A stretch of 30,242 bases of DNA, taken from contig CAVPRW010000043.1 of the NCBI GenBank assembly GCA_963707985.1, positions 1-30,242 on the forward strand. The letters are read 5' to 3'. Numbering within the stretch: the stretch's first letter is position 1; each line of letters opens with the position of its first letter. The position numbers and the translations under genes are program-made. The notes under the pieces were generated by a model, which had not been told where the DNA came from, did no database searches, and saw nothing but the letters and a program-made list of their open reading frames with translations. Source of the DNA: an uncultured Nitrospinota bacterium. Its GTDB lineage: Bacteria > Tectomicrobia > Entotheonellia > J063 > CAVPRW01. Positions 19,629 through 29,719 of the stretch are shown piece after piece.

Positions 19629-21050
19629 TCACCAATGGAGGCCTAAGCGGATTGCAGTGTCGGGGCGACCGTCCTTGTCCAGCCAGTGCCAGATGGCCAT
19701 CTTCTCCCCATCGCCCTCTTCCAGGTGGCAGCTATACCGCACCGTGGCGATGATGGCCTTGGGGAGTCTCACCTCAAGGAGGCGCGCGTTCGTATCGAAC
19801 ACCGGGGCACTGTCGCCTTCGACAATACGGAGGCGAAACGGCACCACGTCTGGCCATTTGTGGCTGTCGAATAGGAACGGCTGAATGACTCAGTTTATCC
19901 CAGGCAGGCCGACGAAGGTCACGCCGCGGGCAAAGACGTCGGGCAAATAGGGGAGCTGGAGGTGATCTGTATTTCTGTATTATGGATAATGTATTGCCCA
20001 GGCGCCAGCGCTTGCCCACGTGTTAGCGGCAGCGTGGGCAGGGTCTGACCGGGCGTCGGCTTGACCCCCGGTGGCGTGACCAGCTTGATGCCGGCAATGG
20101 AGCTGGTGGGTTGACCAGTGCGTGGATCGACGATGAACGTGTCGAGAAAGGTGCCCTCTTCCTTGACGGCCAGGTTGAACCACTGCCGGTAATCCTTCCC
20201 GGCTCCCATCGCGGCATCGAACATGCCGTGCAGCTCGGCCATCAGTTGTAAGGTCTTCGGGGGCGCGACATGGCGCTCGTTGTCCGGCTTATAGTGATAC
20301 CCTTGCCCGGCGATCACTTGCTGGACCATCGGGAGTTGCACGTAGTCTGCGGCCGAGACGTCGTAGTTGCTACGGATGACCATGCGCTCCAGGGATTCGC
20401 CTTCTGTCACCCAATCGCGCAAGATGAGCACCGGCGAAGGCAGGGGCTCAAAGCGCAGGTACGGTTGGGGTGGGGTGGCAAGAGTGCTGTCCTCCGACTC
20501 CGGAGGCACACTGTTTCCCGCCAGGTTGACGGCGTGGGCCCGCAGCCGATACGTCGTGCCGTAGCGCAAGAGCGGCAGCGCCCCCGGCACTACCTGAAAG
20601 CTGGTCTGGAATGGGAACAGCTCGGGGAGGGCTTTGTTCGGCACCCGCGCGAGAGTTTCCTCCTGATGCTCGCCCTGTTGCTCCGGCACGATCGTGCGAC
20701 CCGGGCGCGCCACGCACAGGCTCCAGCCGTCCCAGCCGAACATCGTGTCGTGCAGATACAGATCGGCGTTCGGCGCTGGCGTGGCGACGGTGGGCGAGGC
20801 GCCCTTCATGTAGCCTTCATCGGTGATTTGCAGGGGATGTGCCCCCGTCCCAGGGAACTCATAGGTGCCGAGCCGCCAGCTCAGCGAATGCCACTGTTTC
20901 GAGCGGTCATCATGCTCATCGATGCGGTAGCCGCGGATTAGATCATCGGCGAAGAGGACGGGATCGCCGCCGCCCTCCCGCAACGAATTGAGGGACTTGG
21001 CGCGACTCAGCTGGTCCGCCAGAGCGCTGAGGGTACAGCGTCATGAGTGG
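19629..21050 (-). pseudogene. Internal fragment of a large hypothetical protein
   Basis: 354-aa ORF plus a frameshifted continuation; no proper start; contains an FN3-like strand motif LRYGTTYRLRAHAVNLAGNS. Confidence 0.65.
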
Positions 21051-21097
21051 ATCGTCCAGCTCCGAGAGGTGGTGTATGGCCTTCGAACCGATTCACT

Positions 21098-21149
21098 AGC
21101 GACACAGGAGCGTAGGCTTCTGGTAGTCAGGTGCAGCGCCTTGTTCGGC
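21098..21149 (-). repeat. attC site, truncated (R''-L'' half)
   Basis: GCCGAAC AAGGCGCTGCACCTGAC..CGCTCCTGTGTCGCT, then an abrupt end; lies downstream of the toxin gene. Confidence 0.7.
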
Positions 21150-21208
21150 GGGCTCCCCCGATAGCGGTGTGGTCGGGCCTTCTTCCCTACTCCCCACCCC
21201 CGGCCTGT

Positions 21209-21541
21209 CTATGCGAGCCCTAACCACTGCCGCAATGACTGGTCGGCCTGCTCCGCATCCGGCGGTGTGAGCCGGCCAACACGTTTGAGAATGAGCGTCT
21301 CGTGCGCCGTATACAGCCCACGTTTCACCGCCGTTGGCACGTGGAGTCCGGCCGCTGCCCACGCAGCAAGGACGAACTCCCCAGCAAGGAGAGAAGTCGT
21401 CCGACTGGTCAATGGGACAATGAAGACATCCTGCGACACGTGCGGAGCATTGACCATGATGGCAGGTCGGACTTTCACGCCAGACAACGCGGAGAAAGGG
21501 TAGCGCACCAAGATGACGTCATTCTTGGAGTAGCTGGGCAT
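21209..21541 (-). CDS. PemK/MazF family toxin
   Basis: 110 aa: DVILVRYPFS.LSG.KVRPA, IVPLTSR, AGL..PTAVK, KRVGRL; overlaps the antitoxin 3' end. Confidence 0.9.
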   Translation of the reverse strand: MPSYSKNDVILVRYPFSALSGVKVRPAIMVNAPHVSQDVFIVPLTSRTTSLLAGEFVLAAWAAAGLHVPTAVKRGLYTAHETLILKRVGRLTPPDAEQADQSLRQWLGLA

Positions 21542-21722
21542 ACACATCGTCCTCGGCGTTATCCCAGATGGCATCGAGCGCGACGTGACTGACGCGTGCC
21601 CAGAACAGGGTGTCTTCCTCAATGAGTGGCGTCACGAGGACCGTGGTGCCTTCAGGGAGGTCCACAGGCTCCAACAATTCAATTTTGCCTTCGCGCACAA
21701 CGGCTCGTACCGTATTGAGCAT
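21519..21722 (-). CDS. Putative antitoxin (AF2212/DUF104-like N-terminus)
   Basis: 67 aa: TVRAVVREGKIELLEPVDLPEGTTVLV, acidic tail WDNAEDDVY; GAGGAGG RBS; directly upstream of the toxin. Confidence 0.8.
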   Translation of the reverse strand: MLNTVRAVVREGKIELLEPVDLPEGTTVLVTPLIEEDTLFWARVSHVALDAIWDNAEDDVYAQLLQE

Positions 21723-21916
21723 TGCTTACGCCTCCTCGTCGGGTGATGGTGGGTCGTTGTCCACACTATTATGCCGTAAAGTGCGCCGCTATGCAGTCCC
21801 TTATTCTACACTACTGTGTATGTTGTCCTGGTAGGGGCCTCCTTCACGACCAAGACTCATGTATTTCCCTCCGCCCGCAGGGCGCCGCCTTCTGGCGGAC
21901 GCGCGAAGCGTGTCTG

Positions 21917-21976
21917 CCAGAACGGCTCAGCGTGAGCCGCGCGCTCCTACGCGTCGGCTCCATGCCCTGGTTGAAC
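21917..21976 (-). repeat. attC site (R'' is the insertion junction of the IS91-like element)
   Basis: GTTCAAC CAGGGCATGGAGCCGACGCG TAGGAG CGCGCGGCTCACGCTGAGCC GTTCTGG; hairpin with unpaired extrahelical bases. Confidence 0.8.
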
Positions 21977-22096
21977 TAAGCGCTGCGCGCAGTTGGGCCC
22001 GGCTCACCCCTGAGTGAAGCCTCCTCATGCTGTCGCGAGCCCAGTAGACCTCTACTTCCTGTGCGATCCATCACCCACATCATCGGAGGGATAGCC

Positions 22097-22964
22097 ATGA
22101 CCGAGCTGCGCAAGCGCATGATCGAGGGCCTTCAGCTCAGGGGCTTGTCTGCACGTCCCCAGGAGATAGACGTCAGGGCCGTACGCCAACTGGCGGAGCA
22201 CGATCACCAGTCCCCAGACGTGATCACCGAGGAAGCACTCCGACAGTAGTTACTGTACCTCAAGCATGTCAAGCCGTACTCTCGGAGCGCCAGCACGATT
22301 GCACTGTGCGGCATCACGTGCTTCTTCGCGTACACCCTCCCCAGAGACTGGACGACCCGCAGCTTTGTGCGCGCCCCGCGCGAGAAAAAACTGCCAGTGC
22401 TCTTGAGCCTCGAAGCGGTTCGAACGATTCTCGGCAGTGTCCGCCTGCTGGGCTACCGAGTCTGCCTCTCCACGATCGACGCCTGTGGTCTGCGCCTGCA
22501 GGAGGGCACCCATCTGCAGCTGCAAAATCTCGAGAGCGCTCGCAGGCTGATCCACAGCCGGCATGGCACAGGCGGGAGAGATCTCGATGTCCCCTGGCCA
22601 CACCACACGCTGGCCCTGCTGCGCCCATACTGGGTCACCCATCGCCATCCCGTGCTGATCTTCCCGGCGCCGGGTCGTGGCGGGATCTCTCGGTCGACCG
22701 CCACCGCCCCGATGCCCAGGAGCCGTGTGCAGGGTGCGTTCCGGGAAGCCCTCAACGCCAGCGGCCTCCACACACACGCATCTGTCCTTACCCTGCGCCA
22801 CTCCTGGGCGACCCATCTGCTGGAGGCGGGCGTCAATCGCCGGCTCCTGCAGGCGTCGCTCGGGCACCGCGCGCCCACCACCACGCGCGTCTACACGCAC
22901 CTGACGGCCAGAGCGGCAGACCCTCGGCGCGGACGCCATCAACCGCCTCAGGGGGGATCGGTGA
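22097..22964 (+). pseudogene. Tyrosine recombinase (N-terminal SAM-like + catalytic domain)
   Basis: MTELRKRMIEGLQLRGLS, in-frame TAG at 22247, KKLPVLLS, CGLRLQE, TLRHSWATHLLEAG, LGH...TT.VYTHL; frameshift near the end. Confidence 0.9.
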
Positions 22965-24064
22965 TGGTGGAGATCGCGGCTATTGTCCGCAGCCACGGCC
23001 CCGGGTACCGCGCGCCATGTCGGCGACCGGAGGCGGCCCGGCATCTGCGGGCCATGCAGGACATTGCACGGTGCCGCACGGCCACCCGCGGCGGCCAGGT
23101 CGATCCTGGTGAGACCTGCCCAGCGTACCACGACAGCTACCACGCCTGGAAGAACCGGCCCAGTCCCACGTGCCCGCAGGACCAGGCCGAGCCATGGCGG
23201 GAAGACCACACAGCGTCTCCTGCGGCCGGTGCCTCACGTCATGGCGACCTGTACGCTCCCGGCGGCACTCAGCGGGCGGGCCCGCCACCACCCGAAGCCC
23301 CTCGACCACCTCCTCGTGCGGCGCGTCGGCAGCCGCCTGACAGGCACGGGCGTGAGATCCCAGGTGCATCGGCGGCCGGATCGGCAGGGTGGGGGGGCTC
23401 CAGCCCTGGACCCGCGCGCGGCGCTCCCCTCCCCACGGGCCTGACCTCGTCGCCGGCGGGGGGCTCTCGGCCGAGGGCGCCTGGGGGCCTTCCCGCCAAG
23501 ACTGCCTGGGCCACGTCACCCCCCGGTCGGGACGCGTCCGCGCGACGTGCCGCGCGTACCGACAACCGACCGACCTGGTCCCGCTCGGCGCTGCCCACGT
23601 CTGGAACACGGACGGGGTCGTGCCCTGCGAGCCCGTCGGCCGTGGCGAGGCAGCCTTCCGATACCTGGCACCGTCCCTCTGCGCGTGGCCATCCGCCACC
23701 CCCGTGTCCTCACGCGGGAAGATGGCCACGTCACGTTGCAGGACCAGGACTCGGCCACGGCTCAGGTCAACACCTCGACGGTGCCTGCCGAGGCGTGCAT
23801 GCGCCGGGTGCTTCCGCACGTGCGGCCGGACCGCTGCCTCAACGTACGCGATGACGGCTTCCGGCGCCCTGGGAACCGGCAGGTGCTCACCAGGGTCAGC
23901 ACCTGACTCGGGGCCCACACCGTCGCCACCTCCACACCGGGTCAACATCCCGATGGCACTGCAGCGCCCCATGCACGTGATGCCCCCCGGTGCCCCACGT
24001 GCGGACACCTCTTGATCCTGGTTGACACACTCAGGCCCCACACGCGCTCACCACCTGGCTCATG
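22964..24064 (+). pseudogene. IS91-family (Y2/HUH) transposase, heavily decayed
   Basis: Zn-binding relic CRTATRGG..SYHAWKNRPSPTC, PVPHVMATCTLP, decayed HUH region QPWTR..PPH..LVAGGG, RYLAP, RRVLPHVRP..VRDDG, terminal RSPP; several frameshifts. Confidence 0.85.
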
Positions 24065-24345
24065 ACCCCCCAGGCGCTAGGGCGCTGCTCCACTCGTGCA
24101 GGCGCCACCTGCCATGGTCAGCGTCAACAGCTCGTGGCGCGCGTGGGCGCACAACGCATCCGCACCGGGGGCTCGCGCTGGCTCACGTACCGCGACTCAT
24201 GCACGCATGAACGGTGCATCCGCCCTCACCGGGTCGCATGCCTGCTCGGTTTGGGCCACCTGGGCGATCACCCCGCTCATGGAGAAACCGGTCCCCACCC
24301 CCTACACGCCGTTGTGCACACGCCACGATCGTCCCCCCCGGCTTC

Positions 24346-24402
24346 GTTCAACCCAGCATGGTGTGGCGGCTTTGCGCCCCACGAATGCTTCATACGTTAG
24401 GT
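24346..24402 (+). repeat. attC-like hairpin at the element's right end, opposite orientation to the array
   Basis: R'' GTTCAAC (RYYYAAC); stem AGCAT/ATGCT and GTGTGGCG/CGCCCCAC; R' GTTAGGT (GTTRRRY); 57 bp. Confidence 0.7.
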
Positions 24403-24469
24403 GCGGCGGACAGCGGGAGCGAGGGACGAGCGGACGCTGTTCGCCGTCGCCTGCAAACCCTTGTTCGGC
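24403..24469 (-). repeat. attC site, truncated at the L' box
   Basis: GCCGAAC AAGGGTTTGCAGGCGACGGCGAACAGCG..CGCTGTCCGCCGC, then ACCTAAC instead of the expected L'-R'. Confidence 0.78.
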
Positions 24470-24521
24470 TCCGCAGGGGATTGAGTGCCCTACGCAGACC
24501 TTGGGTTTCCTCGCCATGTCT

Positions 24522-24884
24522 TTACAAGCCCAGCGCCAGACGCAACCGTTGATCGACTTCGTACATGAGCGACTGATCTCCCTCGCCCAACACACGCAAC
24601 ACGAGCACCTTATGCAGTAAGGCGAGTTTGTGCATTCTGAGCACAGAACGACGCTTGAGCCCCGTGGTCGGAAACGATGGATGCCCGGGTTCCAGCACGA
24701 AATCTGTTGGGAGGAGATCGTCCGGCATGGCAGAAGAGATGAACAGACAGAGCACGTCTTCGAGACGAGGAAGCAGATGGTCGGGTGTCACCACGAGCGC
24801 GGGACGGACTTTCGCCCCAGTGAGATCGGTGAACGGGTAGCGGATTAACACCACGCTGCCGCGTTTGACTATGGACTGGGCCAT
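24522..24884 (-). CDS. PemK/MazF family toxin
   Basis: 120 aa: RGSVVLIRYPFTDLTGAKVRPALVV, FISS, TGLKRRS.LR..KL, LG. Confidence 0.9.
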   Translation of the reverse strand: MAQSIVKRGSVVLIRYPFTDLTGAKVRPALVVTPDHLLPRLEDVLCLFISSAMPDDLLPTDFVLEPGHPSFPTTGLKRRSVLRMHKLALLHKVLVLRVLGEGDQSLMYEVDQRLRLALGL

Positions 24885-25117
24885 TGCACGGCCTCGCCAT
24901 CTGCCAGGGAATAGATATCCTCTTCTTCCGCATTGAGCCAGTCAAAACTGCCGGAGGCCGCCACGAGTTCTGTCAGTTCCTGGACAGAGATATCGTCGGT
25001 CAGGAGTTGGGGCTGCTGTAACTGGCGGCGGACAATGAGGAACGCCGCAAAGGCTTCCACTTCTGTCTGCTCCTGCGGGGTCATTTCTGCAAGTAATTGC
25101 GTGAGCTTGGGGGACAT
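24869..25117 (-). CDS. Putative antitoxin (helical, DUF2281-like)
   Basis: 82 aa, acidic: EQTEVEAFAAFL, SGSFDWLNAEEEDIYS; AGGAGG RBS; overlaps the toxin start. Confidence 0.75.
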   Translation of the reverse strand: MSPKLTQLLAEMTPQEQTEVEAFAAFLIVRRQLQQPQLLTDDISVQELTELVAASGSFDWLNAEEEDIYSLADGEAVQWPSP

Positions 25118-25195
25118 GACGACACCTCCTGTTTTTCTGCCTGTTTCCTGTAAAAGGTTGCAGTTTTCGCCGATGGCGTCAAGTGAGTTTGAGAA

Positions 25196-25305
25196 GCCGA
25201 ACGCGAGAGCTCAGCGGCGGGGGCTGCACGACCACCAGCCTCGGACGGGACTACTGCGTCGCGCCGCACCACTGTTCCCCCGTCCGCTGCAGTGTGTGGT
25301 TAGGC
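25196..25305 (-). repeat. attC site (110 bp)
   Basis: GCCTAAC CACACACTGCAGCGGACGGGGG...CCCCCGCCGCTGAGCTCTCGC GTTCGGC; L''/L' pairing with extrahelical bases; 17 bp after the HEPN stop. Confidence 0.88.
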
Positions 25306-25322
25306 AATCATTTGCGAGACAA

Positions 25323-25717
25323 TCATGCCCCCTGACTCGCAATCAGAGAGGCAATATGGTCGACGAATTGCTCTGCGCGGGCAATCCAGGGACGAACCTG
25401 CGCCTCTTCAAAATCGACAAAGTCCATGTAGTCCCCTTCGTGACGCCGTTCGAAGAGATCGTTATAAATCGGGGCCAGTTCTTTGGGAACCTTCCCCGTC
25501 CTTACATAATGTCGATTCAAGAGGCTGCGCACCCCGGTGTGCTTGGAGGATGATAACCCATCATGGAGGAGCGGAGCTGAGACTGCATAAAAGCAGGCGT
25601 AATAGAGACGATTCAGCATGGATTCCAGCGGCTGACGTTGGCCAGAATGCGGGCGTCCTCCAATGTCTGCCGCGCCCTCTGCAGGCGGTACAGAACCAGA
25701 TCCCCAGGCAATTCCAT
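25323..25717 (-). pseudogene. HEPN domain protein (toxin of an MNT-HEPN pair), frameshifted
   Basis: LVLYRLQRARQTLEDARIL / NRLYYACFYAVSA, SKHTGVRSL, LFERRHEGDY; frameshift near 25617; TGATG coupling to MNT. Confidence 0.85.
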
Positions 25718-26032
25718 CACAATAGGAGTCCTTCACGCTCAACGTTTTGGTGGAATGGCATTTTTTGATAGCGGGGGCTATCCCACTCCTCACGGCTGCG
25801 TACAACAGAACAAAGCACTTCGCCACCCTCCCATTCGAGGTCATACAGCCGGTGCCTAATGGCGTCTATACGCGCATCATTCACAGGACCGTCGACCAAG
25901 ACGAGGAAATCCCAATCGGATTCAGCTCCGGCGTCCTCGCGGGAGCGTGAGCCGTACAGGGATAATCTCCGCCGAAGGTTCTACCTCGTGGATGGCTTGT
26001 TTAACTCGTATAAGCAGCCCTGCCTGATCCAT
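25717..26032 (-). pseudogene. Minimal nucleotidyltransferase (MNT) antitoxin, frameshifted
   Basis: MDQAGLLIRVKQAIHEVEPSAEII / YGSRSREDAGAESDWDFLVLV (GS..DxD), FHQNVEREGLLL; frameshift near 25960. Confidence 0.85.
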
Positions 26033-26050
26033 GTCACTATGTCCTGTTGT

Positions 26051-26161
26051 GCCTAACGACCCCCAAGTTGACCGACAGCCATCGAGTGGCGCCACGACCC
26101 AAGAATCTTGTAAGGCGCCATGCCCGCACTCATGGTTGTTCGATCCAGCGCATCGTTCGGC
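26051..26161 (-). repeat. attC site (111 bp)
   Basis: GCCGAAC GATGCGCTGGATCGAACAACCATGAGTG...CACTCGATGGCTGTCGGTCAACTTGGGGGTC GTTAGGC; the MNT start follows within about 20 bp. Confidence 0.82.
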
Positions 26162-26429
26162 CGCCTTTCGAAATGGAACAATGGACGATGCAAAGCTACC
26201 AACTCCCCCAATAATGATGAGAGCAGGGCAAGGCTGATTACACAACCATGGCTCTGCAGCGGCAATGCGGAACCTGGCTCGATCATGTTAAAGGCACGAG
26301 CCATACAAAACATAAACTTCAAAGCGCCATCGTCACGCTCAAAGCCCCACTACCGGCCTGAAGTCTATGGAGGATCAGTAAGAGAACCGCGCCGATTGGT
26401 AAAACGGCGCTCTAAGCGTAACTAGTGAC

Positions 26430-28111
26430 CACTAATGTATTCCCCCAAGACGGGGGTAGTGACATTGATGGCATCGGCGTATGTTGGGGCTCACTTGTGC
26501 CCCCCCTTGAGGAGAAACGACGATGCCGCTCTTCGCGACCTCCAGCATGGGCTGACGGGCCGCGGACCACGGCTGCAGGTGGCCGATTTCGTGCCCGCAA
26601 CACATCCCTTGCGCCAATGGGCCGAGACGTTTCCCTGGGCCGCCATGGTTGGGGCGGTGGACCGCTCATTTGCCCAGCGGTTTCCTACATCCACCACACG
26701 GGGCCGGCCCCCCGTCTCGACGCGGGTGTGATTGGCGTTGGAGTGGTTGAAACATGAGCTGGCCTGTTCCGACGCACAGATCTGTCGCCGGTTGCGGACC
26801 GACGTGGCCGTGATGTACGCCTGCGGGATCCGTGCGGTCCAGGTGGATGGGTCCCAAGACCATTTTGTGCTCCCGGAGGTGCTGGCCCACGTTCGCAGCC
26901 GGCTGGATGCGCCGCTCATGGAGGAATTGCTGGCGATCCAGGCGGCCACGGCGATGGAGGACGGCCTGGTGAGTCCTGCCCACTGGGTGGTCGACACCGT
27001 GCCGAGTGAGCAGGGCAGCCAGCGCGTCAATGATGCGGCCACGCTGTATAAGGCCCCAAAAAAGGCCTCCAGGTCATCACGTCCATCACCGCGGAGTGCG
27101 CCACCAGAGGCACGGCACTGCAGGCCCAAGTGGAGCAACTCCAGCACGACCTCGCGAAGCGGATGCGCGGCTTCGGGCGCCAGTGCCGGGGGATGGGCAA
27201 CGTGTTGGTGACCCTGGTGCGCCAGACGGAGACGCACTTGCTGGAGATGGGACAGCCGGTCCTGGCGCTGGCGCGGGCCGCCCAGGCGTGCCTGCACGGC
27301 GCGACCTCAGCTGTCGGAGGAGCAGCGGGCGCGCCTGGACACCCAGCTCAGGACCACGCTCGAGGCCCATCGCCGGATCGCGCACCAGTCGCGACGCCTG
27401 ACGCAGGGCAAGGCCTTGCCCTCCTGCAAGATCGTCAACGCCTATGATCCCACGATCGCACCCATTTGTCAAGGGCACAAGCCACGGCCCGGCCCAGTTC
27501 GGCCGCAAGCCTGGGATGAGCGCCGAGCCAGCCGCAGGCTTTATGTTTGCTCTGCAGCTGCCCGTGGGCCATCCGAGTGATGCCAGCTCTGTGGAGCCCT
27601 TGGTCGACCAGGTGGAGCCAGGCGATCGCCCGGGTCGGGACGCGCCCCACCCCGGCCATCCACTCGCTGGCCGGCGATCTGGCACTCAATGACCCCGCCT
27701 TGCGGGAGGCCTTGCAGGCGCGGGGGATGCTCACGGTGGGGATCCCCAGGACGGTCGAGCCCCTGCCCCCGTCGCCCACGCCGGAGGACGTCCCCCGGAT
27801 CCTGGAGCGAGGCGGACTTGCACGGCATCCGGACCCCGACCCAGGGGCACCTCGCCTACGCGTGTGGGTACAGCCGACCGGTGGTCGAACGCATCATGGC
27901 CAGCCTGCTGGGCCGTGGAGCTGGGCAACTCACCTACAAAGGTCATCATGGCGCCATCGTCCACACGGGGATGGCCGTCATGGCGCACCACGCGGCCACC
28001 TTGGTGCGCATCCATGAGTATCGTCTCTCGAAGCGGGCACGCACGTTCCGCCGACAGACTCCGTTTGAGATGTCGTCAAGTCATTCAATTCAATGCCTCA
28101 ATACATTAATG
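26430..28111 (+). mobile_element. IS5-like element with pseudogenised DDE transposase (26523-28109)
   Basis: 12-bp TIRs CACTAATGTATT / AATACATTAATG (1 mismatch); HPLRQWAETFPW, RGRPP, VVDT.PSEQGSQR, KIVNAYDPTIAPI, QFGRKPG, LAGDLA, RPVVERI; many frameshifts and stops. Confidence 0.85.
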
Positions 28112-28183
28112 TTTCTGTGACCTCTGATCGGTAAGATAATGTCGCAATGTCATTTTGCGACACCCCTCACAGAGGTCCATGCC

Positions 28184-29494
28184 ATGATAGCACAGACATT
28201 TCAGGACGCGTTCTCTCCCCAGTGGATCAAGACTCATCTGACCAACCCCACCCATGATCTGATCCTCTTGCGCCACATTATCCCTTGGCAGCCCATCATG
28301 GAACGCCTCGTCCCTTTCTACAACTCGCAAAAAGGACGCACAGGACACTCCCTTCGCCTCCTGGTCGCCACCTCCATCCTCTGCCGACTGCGCCAACTCA
28401 GCGATCGCAAGGTGATCGAGAACATTCAAGAAAACCGATACATGCAGTACTTTTGCAATGTCCCCGATCAACGCCTCATGACCTTTTTGAACCCTTCAAC
28501 GCTTTGCCGGTTTCGAAAACGCATCGGCACAGAGGGCACCTTGATCATTGAAGAGCGGGTCTTTGAGCACCTCAAACGCGCTGCAGTCATCGATGCCGAC
28601 ATGATGCTCATGGACACCACCGTCTTAGAGAGCCCGATCATTTATCCCACTGACATCAGGCTGATCTACAAGGCCTTTGACAAAATGGCGGCCCTGGCCA
28701 CCGAGGCCCAACTCGACCGGTGGTGGGACCACGCCCAGCTCAAACAACGCTGGCGGGCTTCTCACCTCAACTCAAAGGATCGCCTGGCTTATCTCAGCGA
28801 GTTCTACGCTGTGTTTGTGCCCGCTTTCGAGCGCTTTGCAGCGCACCTCGCTCACCTGCCGCAAAGCCCCCTGCGGCAGCGATGGAGCCACCTGCTTGCG
28901 GTCCTCACTATCCTCGAGAAGCAAACTCAACAAAAGTTGGCAGGGCACCGCCACATTGACAATCGTCTGGTCTCTCTCGATGACCTCGATGCCCGACCCA
29001 TCAAGAAAGGCAAGAGCCATCCCAGTACGGAATTTGGTACCACCCTTCAGATGACCTTCAACCGTCAAGGCTTTATGATCACCACTGACAACTTTATTGG
29101 CCAGCCCAACGACACAACCCTCTATGGGCCAACCCTGGAGCGCTTTCGCAAGCGCATGCAAGCGTATCCGGGCACGGCCGTCACCGATCTCGGCTTTCGC
29201 AGTGCCAACAACCTCAAGCTCAACGCGCAGCAGATCGATCACGTCTTTATGGGACGCAGCTCCGATGTTGAGGAGCCCCAACAAGAGGCCTGTCGACAAG
29301 CCCGTTCTGCTACTGAAGGCTTTATTGCCGTGGCCAAACATCTGCGCGGCTTCGCTCGCAGCCTCTACCGCGGTCTCCAAGGGGCCATCTTGTGGACGCG
29401 GCTCAGCCAGTGCGCCTACAACTTGCAAAAGTTCCTTCAGCTCTACCGAGCCGAGGCCCTTGAGGAGAGCACGCTGATCAAGCTCCGCCTCTAG
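28184..29494 (+). CDS. IS5-family DDE transposase, intact
   Basis: 436 aa: IIPW..GRTG, SDRKVI..IQENRYMQYFC, STLCRFRKRIG, MDTT (D), DARPIKKGK...EFG, TDLGF (D), RSATEGFI (E), YNL. Confidence 0.92.
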   Translation: MIAQTFQDAFSPQWIKTHLTNPTHDLILLRHIIPWQPIMERLVPFYNSQKGRTGHSLRLLVATSILCRLRQLSDRKVIENIQENRYMQYFCNVPDQRLMTFLNPSTLCRFRKRIGTEGTLIIEERVFEHLKRAAVIDADMMLMDTTVLESPIIYPTDIRLIYKAFDKMAALATEAQLDRWWDHAQLKQRWRASHLNSKDRLAYLSEFYAVFVPAFERFAAHLAHLPQSPLRQRWSHLLAVLTILEKQTQQKLAGHRHIDNRLVSLDDLDARPIKKGKSHPSTEFGTTLQMTFNRQGFMITTDNFIGQPNDTTLYGPTLERFRKRMQAYPGTAVTDLGFRSANNLKLNAQQIDHVFMGRSSDVEEPQQEACRQARSATEGFIAVAKHLRGFARSLYRGLQGAILWTRLSQCAYNLQKFLQLYRAEALEESTLIKLRL

Positions 29495-29719
29495 GCCATC
29501 TCCCGAGCTGGCGCATAGACCTCCGTTGATCGCCCTCCCAAGAAGACGGCATGGCCCGCTGCCCGCCACTCGTGCGCCCTCAAATAGCTCTAACAGGACT
29601 GAAGTGATCGAGGTGGACGCTGACGCCCTCAAAGACCTTGTCAGACGAGCCAATTTCCTCCCATACTTGAGCTATGGATCTCCCCATGATCTCTCAATAC
29701 TGGAGAAGATCAGCGGATA

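Larger units (their letters stand above)
21971..24396 (+). mobile_element. Tyrosine recombinase + IS91-like transposase element, cassette-like, inverted in an attC
   Basis: Starts G|TTGAAC and ends with its own attC-like hairpin GTTCAAC...G|TTAGGT; carries two coupled genes (TGATG overlap at 22962-22966). Confidence 0.8.

Noticed and set aside
22097..22964. Tyrosine recombinase as the integron integrase IntI of the array
   Set aside because: It sits mid-array, is translationally coupled to an IS91-like transposase, and shows no evident IntI-specific insertion or adjacent attI.
22367..23854. 495-aa ORF as a recombinase-transposase fusion protein
   Set aside because: It is produced by decay frameshifts; the TGATG junction shows two genes, and the distal part is out-of-frame GC-rich sequence.
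28772..29653. 293-aa minus-strand ORF, and similar long antisense ORFs such as 1923-2900 and 22250-23209
   Set aside because: These are shadow ORFs opposite real genes in high-GC DNA.
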